From Escherichia coli (lineage in GTDB: Bacteria > Pseudomonadota > Gammaproteobacteria > Enterobacterales > Enterobacteriaceae): DNA of 64,000 nucleotides. The DNA lies in NCBI RefSeq assembly GCF_044324785.1, contig NZ_CP172127.1. The stretch is one strand, 5' to 3'. The translations under genes were made by a program, and so were the position numbers. The notes below the pieces were generated by a model. It saw only the letters and a program-made list of their open reading frames with translations, made no database searches and had not been told where the DNA came from. Shown here piece after piece: positions 1-16,261 of this stretch (its first letter is position 1; every line of letters starts with the position of its first letter).

Positions 1-49
1 TTGTGGTTCCCGCCACGATAAAAACACTTCCCAGAGTTCTGTTTTTCAC
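1..49 (-). CDS. tyrP: Tyrosine-specific transporter TyrP, N-terminal 16 codons only (gene continues beyond window start)
   Basis: Reverse complement of 2..49 reads GTG AAA AAC AGA ACT CTG GGA AGT GTT TTT ATC GTG GCG GGA ACC ACA = (M)KNRTLGSVFIVAGTT, matching the TyrP N-terminus as I remember it; GTG start at 47..49. Confidence 0.7.
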   Translation of the reverse strand, partial: MKNRTLGSVFIVAGTT

Positions 50-140
50 GCTTTCTTCTGTCCTGACGATCTTTATGAGTGATATCTGCGGCGCAGGTTA
101 AGGCATAACGGCTGCTTCGTCAAACCGGCGTTACATATGG

Positions 141-158
141 TGTAAATATAAATGTACA
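141..158. promoter_or_regulatory. TyrR box (TGTAAA-N6-TGTACA) in the tyrP/yecH divergent control region
   Basis: Sequence tgtaaatataaatgtaca fits the TGTAAA-N6-TTTACA TyrR consensus; located about 90 bp upstream of the tyrP start. Confidence 0.55.
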
Positions 159-238
159 ATAAAATGCGTTCAGTCCTGCGCTGGCGCAAAGTCTTGGTAA
201 ACGGCAATCGCTACGCTAGCTTTTTTTGAGGAGGAACG

Positions 239-478
239 ATGGACTCTATTCACGGTCATGAAGTGTTAAATATGATGATTGAATCAGGTGAGCAATATAC
301 GCATGCCAGTCTGGAAGCTGCGATTAAAGCGCGTTTTGGTGAACAGGCACGTTTTCACACTTGCTCGGCAGAAGGGATGACAGCGGGAGAGCTGGTAGCG
401 TTTCTGGCAGCAAAAGGCAAATTTATACCTTCGGAAGAAGGTTTTTCGACCGATCAGAGTAAGATTTGCCGTCACTGA
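239..478 (+). CDS. yecH: DUF2492-family protein YecH
   Basis: ORF track 239..478, 79 aa; sequence recognised as YecH; synteny next to ftnA. Confidence 0.85.
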   Translation: MDSIHGHEVLNMMIESGEQYTHASLEAAIKARFGEQARFHTCSAEGMTAGELVAFLAAKGKFIPSEEGFSTDQSKICRH

Positions 479-485
479 TTTGAAA

Positions 486-508
486 CGGCGGCAGTAAACC
501 TGCCGCCG
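486..508. terminator. GC-rich hairpin between convergent yecH and ftnA (9-bp stem cggcggcag / ctgccgccg)
   Basis: Inverted repeat read directly from the sequence; sits between two convergent stop codons. Confidence 0.5.
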
Positions 509-515
509 GAGAACA

Positions 516-1013
516 TTAGTTTTGTGTGTCGAGGGTGGAGAGTTCTTTGTCGATAAAATACAAACCTTCGCCGCTTTTGCCTGCCAGGCTTAATTTATCA
601 ATAATCGATTTGAACAGTTTCTCTTCTTCATGCTGCTCAGAAACATACCATTGCAGGAAATTAAATGTTGGGTAGTCCTGATTGGTCATTGCAGCATGAG
701 CCAGTTCGTTAATTTTCTGCGTGATTAATTGTTCGTGTTTATAGGTTTCCTGGAATAATTCATCAAGTGAGGAATATTCAGCAAACGGAGATTCAACGGT
801 ATTAATACGCGGTAAGTTGCCGGTATCAGTCAGATAATCAAACAGACGCTGCATATGCGTCATCTCTTCCTGGGCGTGGCGGCGCAGGAACGCGGCAGCA
901 CCTTCGAAGGTATGATAGCTGCACCAGGCGCTCATTTGCTGATAAAGCAGTGAAGAGTACAGTTCCAGGTTCATCTGCTCATTAAGTTTTTCAATCATTT
1001 CTGGTTTCAGCAT
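516..1013 (-). CDS. ftnA: Ferritin FtnA (iron storage)
   Basis: ORF track 516..1028; start trimmed to [13 protein letters not shown] (165 aa), ferritin-like sequence. Confidence 0.93.
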
Positions 1014-1184
1014 GATAGTGCTCCACAAAGGTTATATTTGTTGCTGTGGCGTCACTATAATTTGTTATTTTATTATTTGCAAAAGGTAAAATATAAACTT
1101 CATTTATTAAAAATACGAATGGGAATAAAACGCATTACCGCTATTTATTTAATCAGCGAAGATCTCCCTCGCTGATTAAAACAT

Positions 1185-1508
1185 TTAGAGAAAGACAGGG
1201 AAGGCGGAATGATGGCACTGATATGACAAAGTGAATTCCGTATTCAAACATAAGGAACCCGCAAAGAGGCTACAGTTGCCTACTGGCTGACCAAAGGGGA
1301 TAGCGTGGGTATAGCCTTCCTGCTGGCATGCGCGATCGGCGATCCCGCGACTGACATAACGATCGGTACGGGCATGCTGCAAAAAAGCCTGATCATAAAC
1401 CAACCGAACAATACCTGTTGCCGCGTCAACTTCGCCCACATGAGCCTGGCGAGTTACTGTGCACCCCGCCAGCGTTATTAATGAAAGAGTCAGAATCAGA
1501 AGTCTCAT
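1185..1508 (-). CDS. yecR: Lipoprotein YecR
   Basis: ORF track, 107 aa, lipobox LAGC near N-terminus; synteny. Confidence 0.85.
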   Translation of the reverse strand: MRLLILTLSLITLAGCTVTRQAHVGEVDAATGIVRLVYDQAFLQHARTDRYVSRGIADRACQQEGYTHAIPFGQPVGNCSLFAGSLCLNTEFTLSYQCHHSAFPVFL

Positions 1509-1769
1509 GGTCCAGCCAGAAGAGTAAAAGAAAGCAGTATTTTACGCGTTACAGCGCTGCGACAATGGCCGGAAAAGACGCCTGGCAGGCGCTATTTCTT
1601 GCCATCTGTATGTGTCAGAAAGGGGGGGCTGCTTTTTGATTATCATTTTTATAACATTAAAGAGGTATTTGTGTGATTTGCATCACATAAAGATTGATTT
1701 TTGTGATGGTTGTCATATTATAAGCGCAAAGACAATAACACCTGCATAACAAATAGTCGGAGTGCCGCG

Positions 1770-1856
1770 ATGAAACTGCGCAAGATCCTGAAAAGTATGT
1801 TCAATAACTATTGCAAGACGTTCAAAGACGTACCGCCAGGCAATATGTTCCGATAA
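1770..1856 (+). CDS. azuC: Small protein AzuC (28 aa)
   Basis: ATG at 1770, reads MKLRKILKSMFNNYCKTFKDVPPGNMFR then TAA; too short for the ORF track; followed by a terminator. Confidence 0.75.
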   Translation: MKLRKILKSMFNNYCKTFKDVPPGNMFR

Positions 1857-1857
1857 C

Positions 1858-1884
1858 AAAAAACCTGCTCCGGCAGGTTTTTTT
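1858..1884 (+). terminator. Rho-independent terminator after azuC
   Basis: Stem acctgc / gcaggt followed by a run of 7 T. Confidence 0.7.
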
Positions 1885-1970
1885 GTGTCCTGATGACAGT
1901 GGATGTGACTATCGCTGAAGATGTAAAGCCGCTACTATAACGGCTTTCAAAATGCTATCAGGAGTTTACG

Positions 1971-2222
1971 ATGTCCCAGCCGCTGAATGCCGATCAGGAA
2001 CTGGTTTCTGATGTGGTTGCTTGCCAGTTGGTTATCAAACAAATTCTCGACGTTCTGGATGTAATCGCGCCCGTTGAAGTTCGCGAAAAAATGTCCAGCC
2101 AGCTGAAGAATATCGACTTTACTCACCATCCCGCTGCCGCAGACCCGGTCACCATGCGGGCAATCCAAAAAGCCATCGCGCTGATTGAACTCAAGTTTAC
2201 CCCACAGGGTGAATCCCATTAA
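1971..2222 (+). CDS. yecJ: DUF2766-family protein YecJ
   Basis: ORF track 83 aa; synteny between azuC and ftnB. Confidence 0.85.
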   Translation: MSQPLNADQELVSDVVACQLVIKQILDVLDVIAPVEVREKMSSQLKNIDFTHHPAAADPVTMRAIQKAIALIELKFTPQGESH

Positions 2223-2223
2223 A

Positions 2224-2259
2224 AAACCGCTGCTTCAAAAAGATGAGGCAGCGGTTTCT
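2224..2259. terminator. Hairpin with flanking A and T tracts between convergent yecJ and ftnB (likely bidirectional terminator)
   Basis: aaaccgctgc ... gcagcggttt inverted repeat. Confidence 0.5.
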
Positions 2260-2299
2260 CAAAAACTTCATCGGCGCAATGCATTAGCGCCGATGATGA

Positions 2300-2803
2300 T
2301 CAATGCAGCTGATGCGACACGACATTCAGAACATGTTGGTCGGTCTGCACAGGGCACATACCAGCAAGTTTCGCACTGCGCACTTCATCAAGAATGGTTT
2401 GCAGCAACAGGCCATCATGCTGTTGTTCTTTTTCCAGATCGCGCAGGAAATTGACGGTTGAATCATCATTCAGTTCTTTAGCTTCATCGGCTAACTGTGC
2501 CAGCGTGCTTGAACGTTGCTCGTATTCTTCCATCGTTTTTTGGAAAAGTTCTTCCAGTGAGTTCAGTTTTTCACCGGGAACATCAATGGCTTTAACGATG
2601 GGAGTAGCGCCGACACTCTTCATAAAGTTAAACATGCGCATCATTTGGGTCACGTTACTCTGTGCCTGGGCGCGAAGGAAAGTGGCGGTGCCGTTCAGAC
2701 TCTGTTCAGAACACCAGTTACTCAGGTGAAGGTAGAGATTGGATGCGTAAAACTCGCGGTTCATTTGAGAGTTGAGTTTGAGAAGCATTCCAGCGGTTGC
2801 CAT
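2300..2803 (-). CDS. ftnB: Ferritin-like protein FtnB
   Basis: ORF track 167 aa, ferritin-like. Confidence 0.9.
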   Translation of the reverse strand: MATAGMLLKLNSQMNREFYASNLYLHLSNWCSEQSLNGTATFLRAQAQSNVTQMMRMFNFMKSVGATPIVKAIDVPGEKLNSLEELFQKTMEEYEQRSSTLAQLADEAKELNDDSTVNFLRDLEKEQQHDGLLLQTILDEVRSAKLAGMCPVQTDQHVLNVVSHQLH

Positions 2804-3599
2804 ACCTAATATCCTTATATCCAGAAGTGGAGAGGTGCAAGATAAATCAAAACACCATAATTACTGTTTGCAGAATAATTCCTTTCTGCCGGTCCGAAAT
2901 GTGATCGTGGAGTCAATTCTGACGATGATCTGAAATAAGAATAACGTCTGAACGGGTATAAGAAAATGCTTAAATCATCAAGTTTATATATTTTTACATT
3001 TCATTGATGAAATCAATGTAACTGCAATGAATTTTAATGATAGTGCTTTTTGTATCTTGTTGATATTAATCAATGAATTTGAATTCATGATGAAGTGATG
3101 ATTTTATAAAACGTTTTTTCATTTTTGCGAGATGGCTCTCATTATACGTGTTCTGTTAATTAATGAGCACAGTGATAATTAATGACGAAATGAATGACGC
3201 GCTTTTTCCACATCTTTGAGTTGCGGTTATTACACCATTTCAAAAACTCAACGCCAGGTAATGCGGCCTATTGACTGGTTAAAAAGAAGACATCCCGCAT
3301 GGGTACCAAAGACAACAAGGATTTCCAGGCTAATCTTATGGATTAATCTGCTGCGCGCTCGTTGATTTGTCTGACAAATAAGCTTTTCCTTATGTCTTTT
3401 CCCGCTAAATTTATGCACGTTCTCACTGTAATTCTGCGATGTGATATTGCTCTCCTATGGAGAATTAATTTCTCGCTAAAACTATGTCAACACGGTCACT
3501 TATCTTTTAGTTAAAAGGTAATGCTTTGTTTTCCGATTAATTTAACGAAAGTCATTCGTTTTTGCCCTACACAAAACGACACTAAAGCTGGAGAGAACC

Positions 3600-4589
3600 A
3601 TGCACAAATTTACTAAAGCCCTGGCAGCCATTGGTCTGGCAGCCGTTATGTCACAATCCGCTATGGCGGAGAACCTGAAGCTCGGTTTCCTGGTGAAGCA
3701 ACCGGAAGAGCCGTGGTTCCAGACCGAATGGAAGTTTGCCGATAAAGCCGGGAAGGATTTAGGGTTTGAAGTTATTAAGATTGCCGTGCCGGATGGCGAA
3801 AAAACATTGAACGCTATCGACAGCCTGGCTGCCAGTGGCGCGAAAGGTTTCGTTATTTGTACTCCGGACCCGAAACTCGGCTCTGCCATCGTGGCGAAAG
3901 CGCGTGGCTACAATATGAAAGTCATTGCCGTGGATGACCAGTTTGTTAACGCCAAAGGCAAGCCAATGGATACCGTTCCGCTGGTGATGATGGCAGCGAC
4001 CAAAATTGGCGAACGTCAGGGCCAGGAACTGTATAAAGAGATGCAGAAACGTGGCTGGGATGTCAAAGAAAGCGCGGTGATGGCGATTACCTCCAACGAA
4101 CTGGATACGGCTCGTCGCCGTACTACGGGTTCTATGGATGCGCTGAAAGCGGCAGGATTCCCGGAAAAACAAATTTATCAGGTACCTACCAAATCTAACG
4201 ACATCCCGGGGGCATTTGACGCTGCCAACTCAATGCTGGTTCAACATCCGGAAGTTAAACATTGGCTGATCGTCGGTATGAACGACAGCACCGTGCTGGG
4301 CGGCGTACGCGCGACGGAAGGTCAGGGCTTTAAAGCGGCCGATATTATCGGTATCGGTATTAACGGTGTGGATGCGGTGAGCGAACTGTCTAAGGCACAG
4401 GCAACCGGCTTCTACGGATCACTGCTGCCAAGCCCGGACGTACATGGTTATAAGTCCAGCGAAATGCTTTACAACTGGGTCGCAAAAGGTGTTGAACCGA
4501 CCAAATTCACCGAAGTTACCGACGTGGTGCTGATCACGCGTGACAACTTTAAAGAAGAACTGGAGAAAAAAGGGTTAGGCGGTAAGTAA
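3600..4589 (+). CDS. araF: L-arabinose ABC transporter periplasmic binding protein AraF
   Basis: ORF track 329 aa with signal peptide; araFGH operon context. Confidence 0.95.
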   Translation: MHKFTKALAAIGLAAVMSQSAMAENLKLGFLVKQPEEPWFQTEWKFADKAGKDLGFEVIKIAVPDGEKTLNAIDSLAASGAKGFVICTPDPKLGSAIVAKARGYNMKVIAVDDQFVNAKGKPMDTVPLVMMAATKIGERQGQELYKEMQKRGWDVKESAVMAITSNELDTARRRTTGSMDALKAAGFPEKQIYQVPTKSNDIPGAFDAANSMLVQHPEVKHWLIVGMNDSTVLGGVRATEGQGFKAADIIGIGINGVDAVSELSKAQATGFYGSLLPSPDVHGYKSSEMLYNWVAKGVEPTKFTEVTDVVLITRDNFKEELEKKGLGGK

Positions 4590-4658
4590 TCTGCCGAAAA
4601 AATTCCCCTCTGCATGATGCAGAGGGGGTGTGAACGACCAGTGATTCACGGAGACGTT

Positions 4659-6173
4659 ATGCAACAGTCTACCCCGTATCTCTCATTTCGCGGCATCGGT
4701 AAAACGTTTCCCGGCGTTAAGGCGCTGACGGATATTAGTTTTGACTGCTATGCCGGTCAGGTTCATGCGTTGATGGGTGAAAATGGCGCAGGAAAATCAA
4801 CTCTCTTAAAAATCCTCAGCGGCAACTATGCGCCAACCACGGGTTCTGTAGTGATTAATGGGCAGGAAATGTCCTTTTCCGACACAACCGCAGCACTTAA
4901 CGCGGGTGTGGCGATTATTTACCAGGAACTGCATCTCGTGCCGGAAATGACCGTCGCGGAAAACATCTATCTCGGCCAGCTGCCGCATAAAGGCGGCATT
5001 GTGAATCGCTCATTGCTGAATTATGAGGCGGGTTTACAACTTAAACATCTTGGTATGGATATTGACCCGGACACGCCGCTGAAATATCTCTCCATTGGTC
5101 AGTGGCAGATGGTTGAAATTGCCAAAGCGCTGGCGCGTAACGCCAAAATTATCGCTTTTGATGAGCCAACCAGCTCCCTCTCTGCCCGTGAAATCGACAA
5201 TCTTTTCCGCGTAATTCGTGAACTGCGAAAAGAGGGGCGGGTGATCTTATACGTTTCTCACCGTATGGAAGAAATATTTGCCCTAAGCGATGCCATCACC
5301 GTCTTTAAAGATGGGCGTTATGTCAAAACCTTTACCGATATGCAGCAGGTTGACCACGACGCCCTGGTGCAGGCGATGGTCGGGCGCGACATCGGCGATA
5401 TCTACGGCTGGCAACCGCGTAGTTATGGCGAGGAGCGCCTGCGTCTTGATGCTGTGAAAGCGCCAGGCGTGCGTACGCCAATAAGTCTGGCGGTTCGCAG
5501 TGGAGAAATTGTCGGTCTGTTTGGTCTGGTCGGGGCAGGGCGTAGCGAATTAATGAAAGGCATGTTTGGCGGTACGCAAATCACCGCCGGTCAGGTTTAT
5601 ATCGACCAACAGCCGATTGATATTCGTAAACCGAGCCACGCTATTGCCGCAGGCATGATGCTCTGCCCGGAAGATCGCAAAGCGGAAGGCATTATTCCTG
5701 TGCACTCCGTTCGCGACAATATCAACATCAGTGCCAGACGCAAACATGTGCTCGGCGGTTGTGTAATCAACAACGGTTGGGAAGAAAACAATGCCGATCA
5801 CCACATTCGTTCGCTCAACATCAAAACGCCGGGCGCAGAGCAACTGATCATGAATCTTTCAGGCGGAAATCAGCAAAAAGCCATTCTGGGCCGCTGGTTA
5901 TCGGAAGAGATGAAGGTCATTTTGCTGGATGAACCTACGCGCGGCATTGATGTTGGTGCTAAGCACGAAATATATAACGTAATTTATGCGCTGGCGGCGC
6001 AGGGTGTGGCGGTGCTGTTTGCCTCCAGCGACTTACCTGAAGTCCTCGGCGTTGCCGACCGGATTGTGGTGATGCGGGAAGGCGAAATCGCCGGTGAATT
6101 GTTACACGAGCAGGCAGATGAGCGTCAGGCACTGAGCCTTGCGATGCCTAAAGTCAGCCAGGCAGTTGCCTGA
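4659..6173 (+). CDS. araG: L-arabinose ABC transporter ATP-binding protein AraG (tandem ABC domains)
   Basis: ORF track 4614..6173; start trimmed to [10 protein letters not shown] (504 aa); two Walker A motifs ([18 protein letters not shown]). Confidence 0.93.
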
Positions 6174-6187
6174 GTAAGGAGAGTATG

Positions 6188-9540
<3,353 letters not shown>

Positions 9541-9546
9541 GTGCGG

Positions 9547-9975
9547 TTAATCTCCCGTAAGTGGAACTAACAGCACATCGACCTCACTTGAGGCAATCAC
9601 TCTTTTCGCCGAGCAGGATGCTCGCGAAAAGAAACTGTGATTGTGATTACCGCAAATCACCAAATCGAAATGATATTTGCGACAAACTTCCAGAATATGT
9701 TCGCTTAACTCACCGTAGGCAATAAACGTCTTGTCAACGGGATACCCCGCATCCTGAATTAACTTATCAAGAAAGCTTTGCGTTTCTTCCTGCATCACGC
9801 TGCGTAAATCTTCAAGCATCGGCGCAGCTAATTGATTGTACATTTCCGGGTCGGAAGCGAGAGTAATTAAACTGATGTGTCCCTTTACTGGCCTGGCGAT
9901 AGATACCGCTTTTGCCAGCAGTTGCTGACTTTCCGGTGTAACCGCAACGGCGACAAGAATATTGCTATAGCTCAT
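9547..9975 (-). CDS. uspC: Universal stress protein UspC
   Basis: ORF track 142 aa; Usp-family sequence; synteny. Confidence 0.9.
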   Translation of the reverse strand: MSYSNILVAVAVTPESQQLLAKAVSIARPVKGHISLITLASDPEMYNQLAAPMLEDLRSVMQEETQSFLDKLIQDAGYPVDKTFIAYGELSEHILEVCRKYHFDLVICGNHNHSFFSRASCSAKRVIASSEVDVLLVPLTGD

Positions 9976-10755
9976 AACCTGTTCCTTATTCTGTGAACTT
10001 CAGGTGACATTAAAGCTTTACTCCTAATGGAGAAACGACGCAATCCCAACTCAGTCAAACAGGTAAATATTAGTCTGATTATTAGTAAAGACAATTAATC
10101 AATCACTCTCGGTGATCATATGATTTCAACTGTAATTATAAGAAAATAATGTACTGATTCTCCATATTAAACAAGTGGTTAATATATGTAAAACATTTTA
10201 TTAACATTAAGTTGATTGTTGCCTTTCTTTGTATTTAATTAGTTTGTTGTGCGGTAAGTGTCTGTTTAAAAATAGCTTATCTGGTATTGCATTAAAGCAA
10301 TTATTTATAGCAGATGATTATTTACGGTGAGTTATTTTAACTGTGCGCAACATCCCATTTCGATTATTCCTGTTTCATTTTTGCTTGCTAGAGTCGCGAA
10401 AAACTTTTTAACAGATTGAAATACACCCAAAACAAAAGTATGACTTATACATTTATGTTAAGTAATTGAGCGTTTTGTGTGATCTGTATCACACATTATT
10501 GAAAATCGCAGCCCCCCTCCGTTGTATGTGAGTGTAGTGACGAGTAAAGTTGCGTCGATTTAGGAAAAATCTTAGATAAGTGTAAAGAACCCCTTCTATT
10601 TGTAAGGACTTATTGAATCCCAAAAAGGGGCTCTGCCTGTTGCAGCTTATCGCAACTATTCTAATGCTAATTATTTTTTACCGGGGCTTCCCGGCGACAT
10701 CACGGGGTGCGGTGAGACCGCATAAAAATAAAGTTGGTTATTCTGGGTGGGAATA

Positions 10756-11106
10756 ATGCATACCTCCGAGTTGCTGAAACACATTTATGACATCAACTTG
10801 TCATATTTACTACTTGCACAGCGTCTGATTGTTCAGGACAAAGCGTCCGCAATGTTTCGTCTCGGCATAAATGAAGAAATGGCGACAACGTTAGCGGCAC
10901 TGACTCTTCCGCAAATGGTTAAGCTGGCAGAAACCAATCAACTGGTTTGTCACTTTCGTTTTGACAGCCACCAGACGATTACTCAGTTGACGCAAGATTC
11001 CCGCGTTGACGATCTCCAGCAAATTCATACCGGCATCATGCTCTCAACACGCTTGCTGAATGATGTTAATCAGCCTGAAGAAGCGCTGCGCAAGAAAAGG
11101 GCCTGA
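10756..11106 (+). CDS. flhD: Flagellar master regulator subunit FlhD
   Basis: ORF track 10747..11106; start MHTSELLKH (116 aa). Confidence 0.95.
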
Positions 11107-11108
11107 TC

Positions 11109-11687
11109 ATGAGTGAAAAAAGCATTGTTCAGGAAGCGCGGGATATTCAGCTGGCAATGGAATTGATCACCCTGGGCGCTCGTTTGCAGATGCTGGAAAG
11201 CGAAACACAGTTAAGCCGCGGACGCCTGATAAAACTCTATAAAGAACTGCGCGGAAGCCCACCGCCGAAAGGCATGCTGCCATTCTCAACCGACTGGTTT
11301 ATGACCTGGGAACAAAACGTTCATGCTTCGATGTTCTGTAACGCATGGCAGTTTTTACTGAAAACCGGCTTGTGTAATGGCGTCGATGCGGTGATCAAAG
11401 CCTACCGTTTATACCTTGAACAGTGCCCGCAAGCAGAAGACGGACCGCTGCTGGCATTAACCCGTGCCTGGACATTGGTGCGGTTTGTTGAAAGTGGATT
11501 ACTGCAACTTTCCAGCTGCAACTGCTGCGGCGGCAATTTTATTACCCACGCTCACCAGCCTGTTGGCAGCTTTGCCTGCAGCTTATGTCAGCCGCCATCC
11601 CGGGCAGTAAAAAGACGTAAACTTTCCCAGAATCCTGCCGATATTATCCCACAACTGCTGGATGAACAGAGAGTACAGGCTGTTTAA
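11109..11687 (+). CDS. flhC: Flagellar master regulator subunit FlhC
   Basis: ORF track 192 aa; Cys cluster C..C..C..C near C-terminus. Confidence 0.95.
   Translation: MSEKSIVQEARDIQLAMELITLGARLQMLESETQLSRGRLIKLYKELRGSPPPKGMLPFSTDWFMTWEQNVHASMFCNAWQFLLKTGLCNGVDAVIKAYRLYLEQCPQAEDGPLLALTRAWTLVRFVESGLLQLSSCNCCGGNFITHAHQPVGSFACSLCQPPSRAVKRRKLSQNPADIIPQLLDEQRVQAV
11618..11644 (+). promoter_or_regulatory. Sigma28 (FliA) promoter inside the flhC 3' end: TAAACTTT-N11-GCCGATAT
   Basis: taaacttt (11618..11625), 11-nt spacer, gccgatat (11637..11644); close to the TAAAGTTT-N11-GCCGATAA consensus. Confidence 0.6.
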
Positions 11688-11745
11688 CTGATACGGTGTG
11701 GCGCAACATTCCAGCAGCGGTAACGACGTACCGCTGCTTTTTTTT
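11650..11745 (+). ncRNA. motR: Probable MotR sRNA (motA 5' UTR-derived, sigma28-dependent), ending at the terminator after flhC
   Basis: Sigma28 promoter at 11618..11644 and terminator at 11714..11745 define a transcript of about 95 nt overlapping the flhC stop; matches my recollection of MotR; ends not mapped. Confidence 0.45.
11714..11745 (+). terminator. Rho-independent terminator downstream of flhC (stem gcagcggta / taccgctgc, 8 T)
   Basis: Read directly from sequence. Confidence 0.8.
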
Positions 11746-11813
11746 GCCCCAATCGCGCGTTAACGCCTGACGACTGAACATCCTGTCATGGTCAACAGTG
11801 GAAGGATGATGTC

Positions 11814-12697
11814 GTGCTTATCTTATTAGGTTACCTGGTTGTTCTCGGTACAGTTTTCGGCGGTTATTTGATGACCGGTGGAAGCCTTGGAGCACTCTAT
11901 CAACCCGCTGAACTGGTGATTATTGCCGGTGCAGGGATTGGGTCATTTATCGTCGGCAATAATGGCAAAGCGATTAAAGGCACGCTGAAGGCGCTGCCGT
12001 TGCTGTTTCGTCGCTCCAAATACACCAAAGCAATGTATATGGATCTGCTGGCTCTGCTTTATCGGTTGATGGCGAAATCGCGGCAGATGGGGATGTTTTC
12101 GCTGGAACGTGATATTGAAAATCCCCGTGAGAGCGAGATCTTCGCCAGCTACCCACGCATCCTTGCGGATAGCGTCATGCTTGATTTTATCGTCGATTAT
12201 CTGCGTCTGATTATCAGCGGTCACATGAACACCTTCGAAATCGAAGCCCTGATGGATGAAGAGATTGAGACGCACGAAAGCGAGGCAGAAGTCCCGGCGA
12301 ACAGTCTGGCGCTGGTCGGGGACTCACTTCCGGCGTTTGGTATTGTCGCGGCTGTGATGGGGGTCGTTCACGCGTTAGGTTCAGCCGATCGTCCTGCCGC
12401 CGAGCTGGGGGCGCTTATCGCACATGCGATGGTGGGGACTTTCCTCGGTATTTTATTGGCTTACGGATTTATATCTCCATTAGCGAGTGTTTTACGTCAG
12501 AAAAGCGCCGAAACCAGCAAAATGATGCAATGCGTCAAAGTCACACTGCTTTCTAATCTGAACGGTTACGCACCGCCTATCGCCGTTGAGTTTGGTCGCA
12601 AAACGCTCTATTCCAGCGAACGTCCATCGTTTATTGAACTGGAAGAGCATGTGCGTGCGGTGAAAAATCCGCAACAACAGACGACAACCGAGGAAGC

Positions 12698-12701
<4 letters not shown>
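11814..12701 (+). CDS. motA: Flagellar motor stator protein MotA
   Basis: ORF track 295 aa. Confidence 0.95.
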
Positions 12702-15593
<2,892 letters not shown>

Positions 15594-15613
15594 ATGAGTA
15601 AAAAGGTAACAAT

Positions 15614-16117
15614 ATGACCGGTATGACGAATGTAACAAAGCTGGCCAGCGAGCCGTCAGGCCAGGAATTTCTGGTATTTACCCTTGGTGATGAAGAGTAC
15701 GGTATTGATATCCTGAAAGTGCAGGAGATCCGTGGCTACGATCAGGTAACACGGATTGCGAACACGCCAGCGTTTATCAAAGGCGTCACGAATCTGCGCG
15801 GCGTTATTGTGCCGATTGTCGACTTACGAATTAAGTTCAGCCAGGTGGATGTGGACTATAACGACAACACGGTAGTTATCGTCCTGAATCTCGGACAGCG
15901 GGTGGTCGGCATCGTGGTTGACGGCGTTTCAGACGTGCTTTCATTGACGGCGGAGCAAATTCGTCCGGCACCGGAATTTGCCGTGACGCTTTCAACAGAA
16001 TATCTCACTGGACTGGGCGCACTGGGCGACCGGATGTTGATTCTGGTGAACATCGAAAAACTGCTGAACAGCGAAGAGATGGCGCTGTTAGATAGCGCGG
16101 CGTCAGAAGTGGCGTAA
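15614..16117 (+). CDS. cheW: Chemotaxis coupling protein CheW
   Basis: ORF track 167 aa. Confidence 0.95.
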
Positions 16118-16145
16118 TTCTCCTGATTTCCTCAATTGAAATGAA

Positions 16146-16172
16146 CCCGATGATCTGCACATCGGGTTTTTT
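16146..16172 (+). terminator. Rho-independent terminator after cheW
   Basis: Stem cccgatg / catcggg followed by TTTTTT. Confidence 0.75.
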
Positions 16173-16203
16173 ATTTCAATTTAGCGGTAGGTGGCATCAG
16201 CAA

Positions 16204-16230
16204 TAAAGTTTCCCCCCTCCTTGCCGATAA
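16204..16230 (+). promoter_or_regulatory. Sigma28 (FliA) promoter of the tar-tap-cheRBYZ operon: TAAAGTTT-N11-GCCGATAA
   Basis: Exact consensus match, about 30 bp upstream of the tar start. Confidence 0.8.
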
Positions 16231-16261
16231 CGAGATCAACTTGTTTTCAGGAAGGTGCCTT

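Noticed and set aside
2804-3599. Long (about 800 bp) AT-rich non-coding region upstream of araF as a possible degenerate mobile element or sRNA locus
   Set aside because: No ORF, repeat ends or terminator-bounded unit is recognisable; the length and AT-richness fit the araFGH promoter and its AraC/CRP upstream region, though individual sites could not be pinned down by eye.
9976-10755. Looked for an IS1 or IS5 insertion upstream of flhD as in K-12 lab strains
   Set aside because: No transposase ORF, terminal inverted repeats or target duplication is present; the region is contiguous native regulatory DNA.
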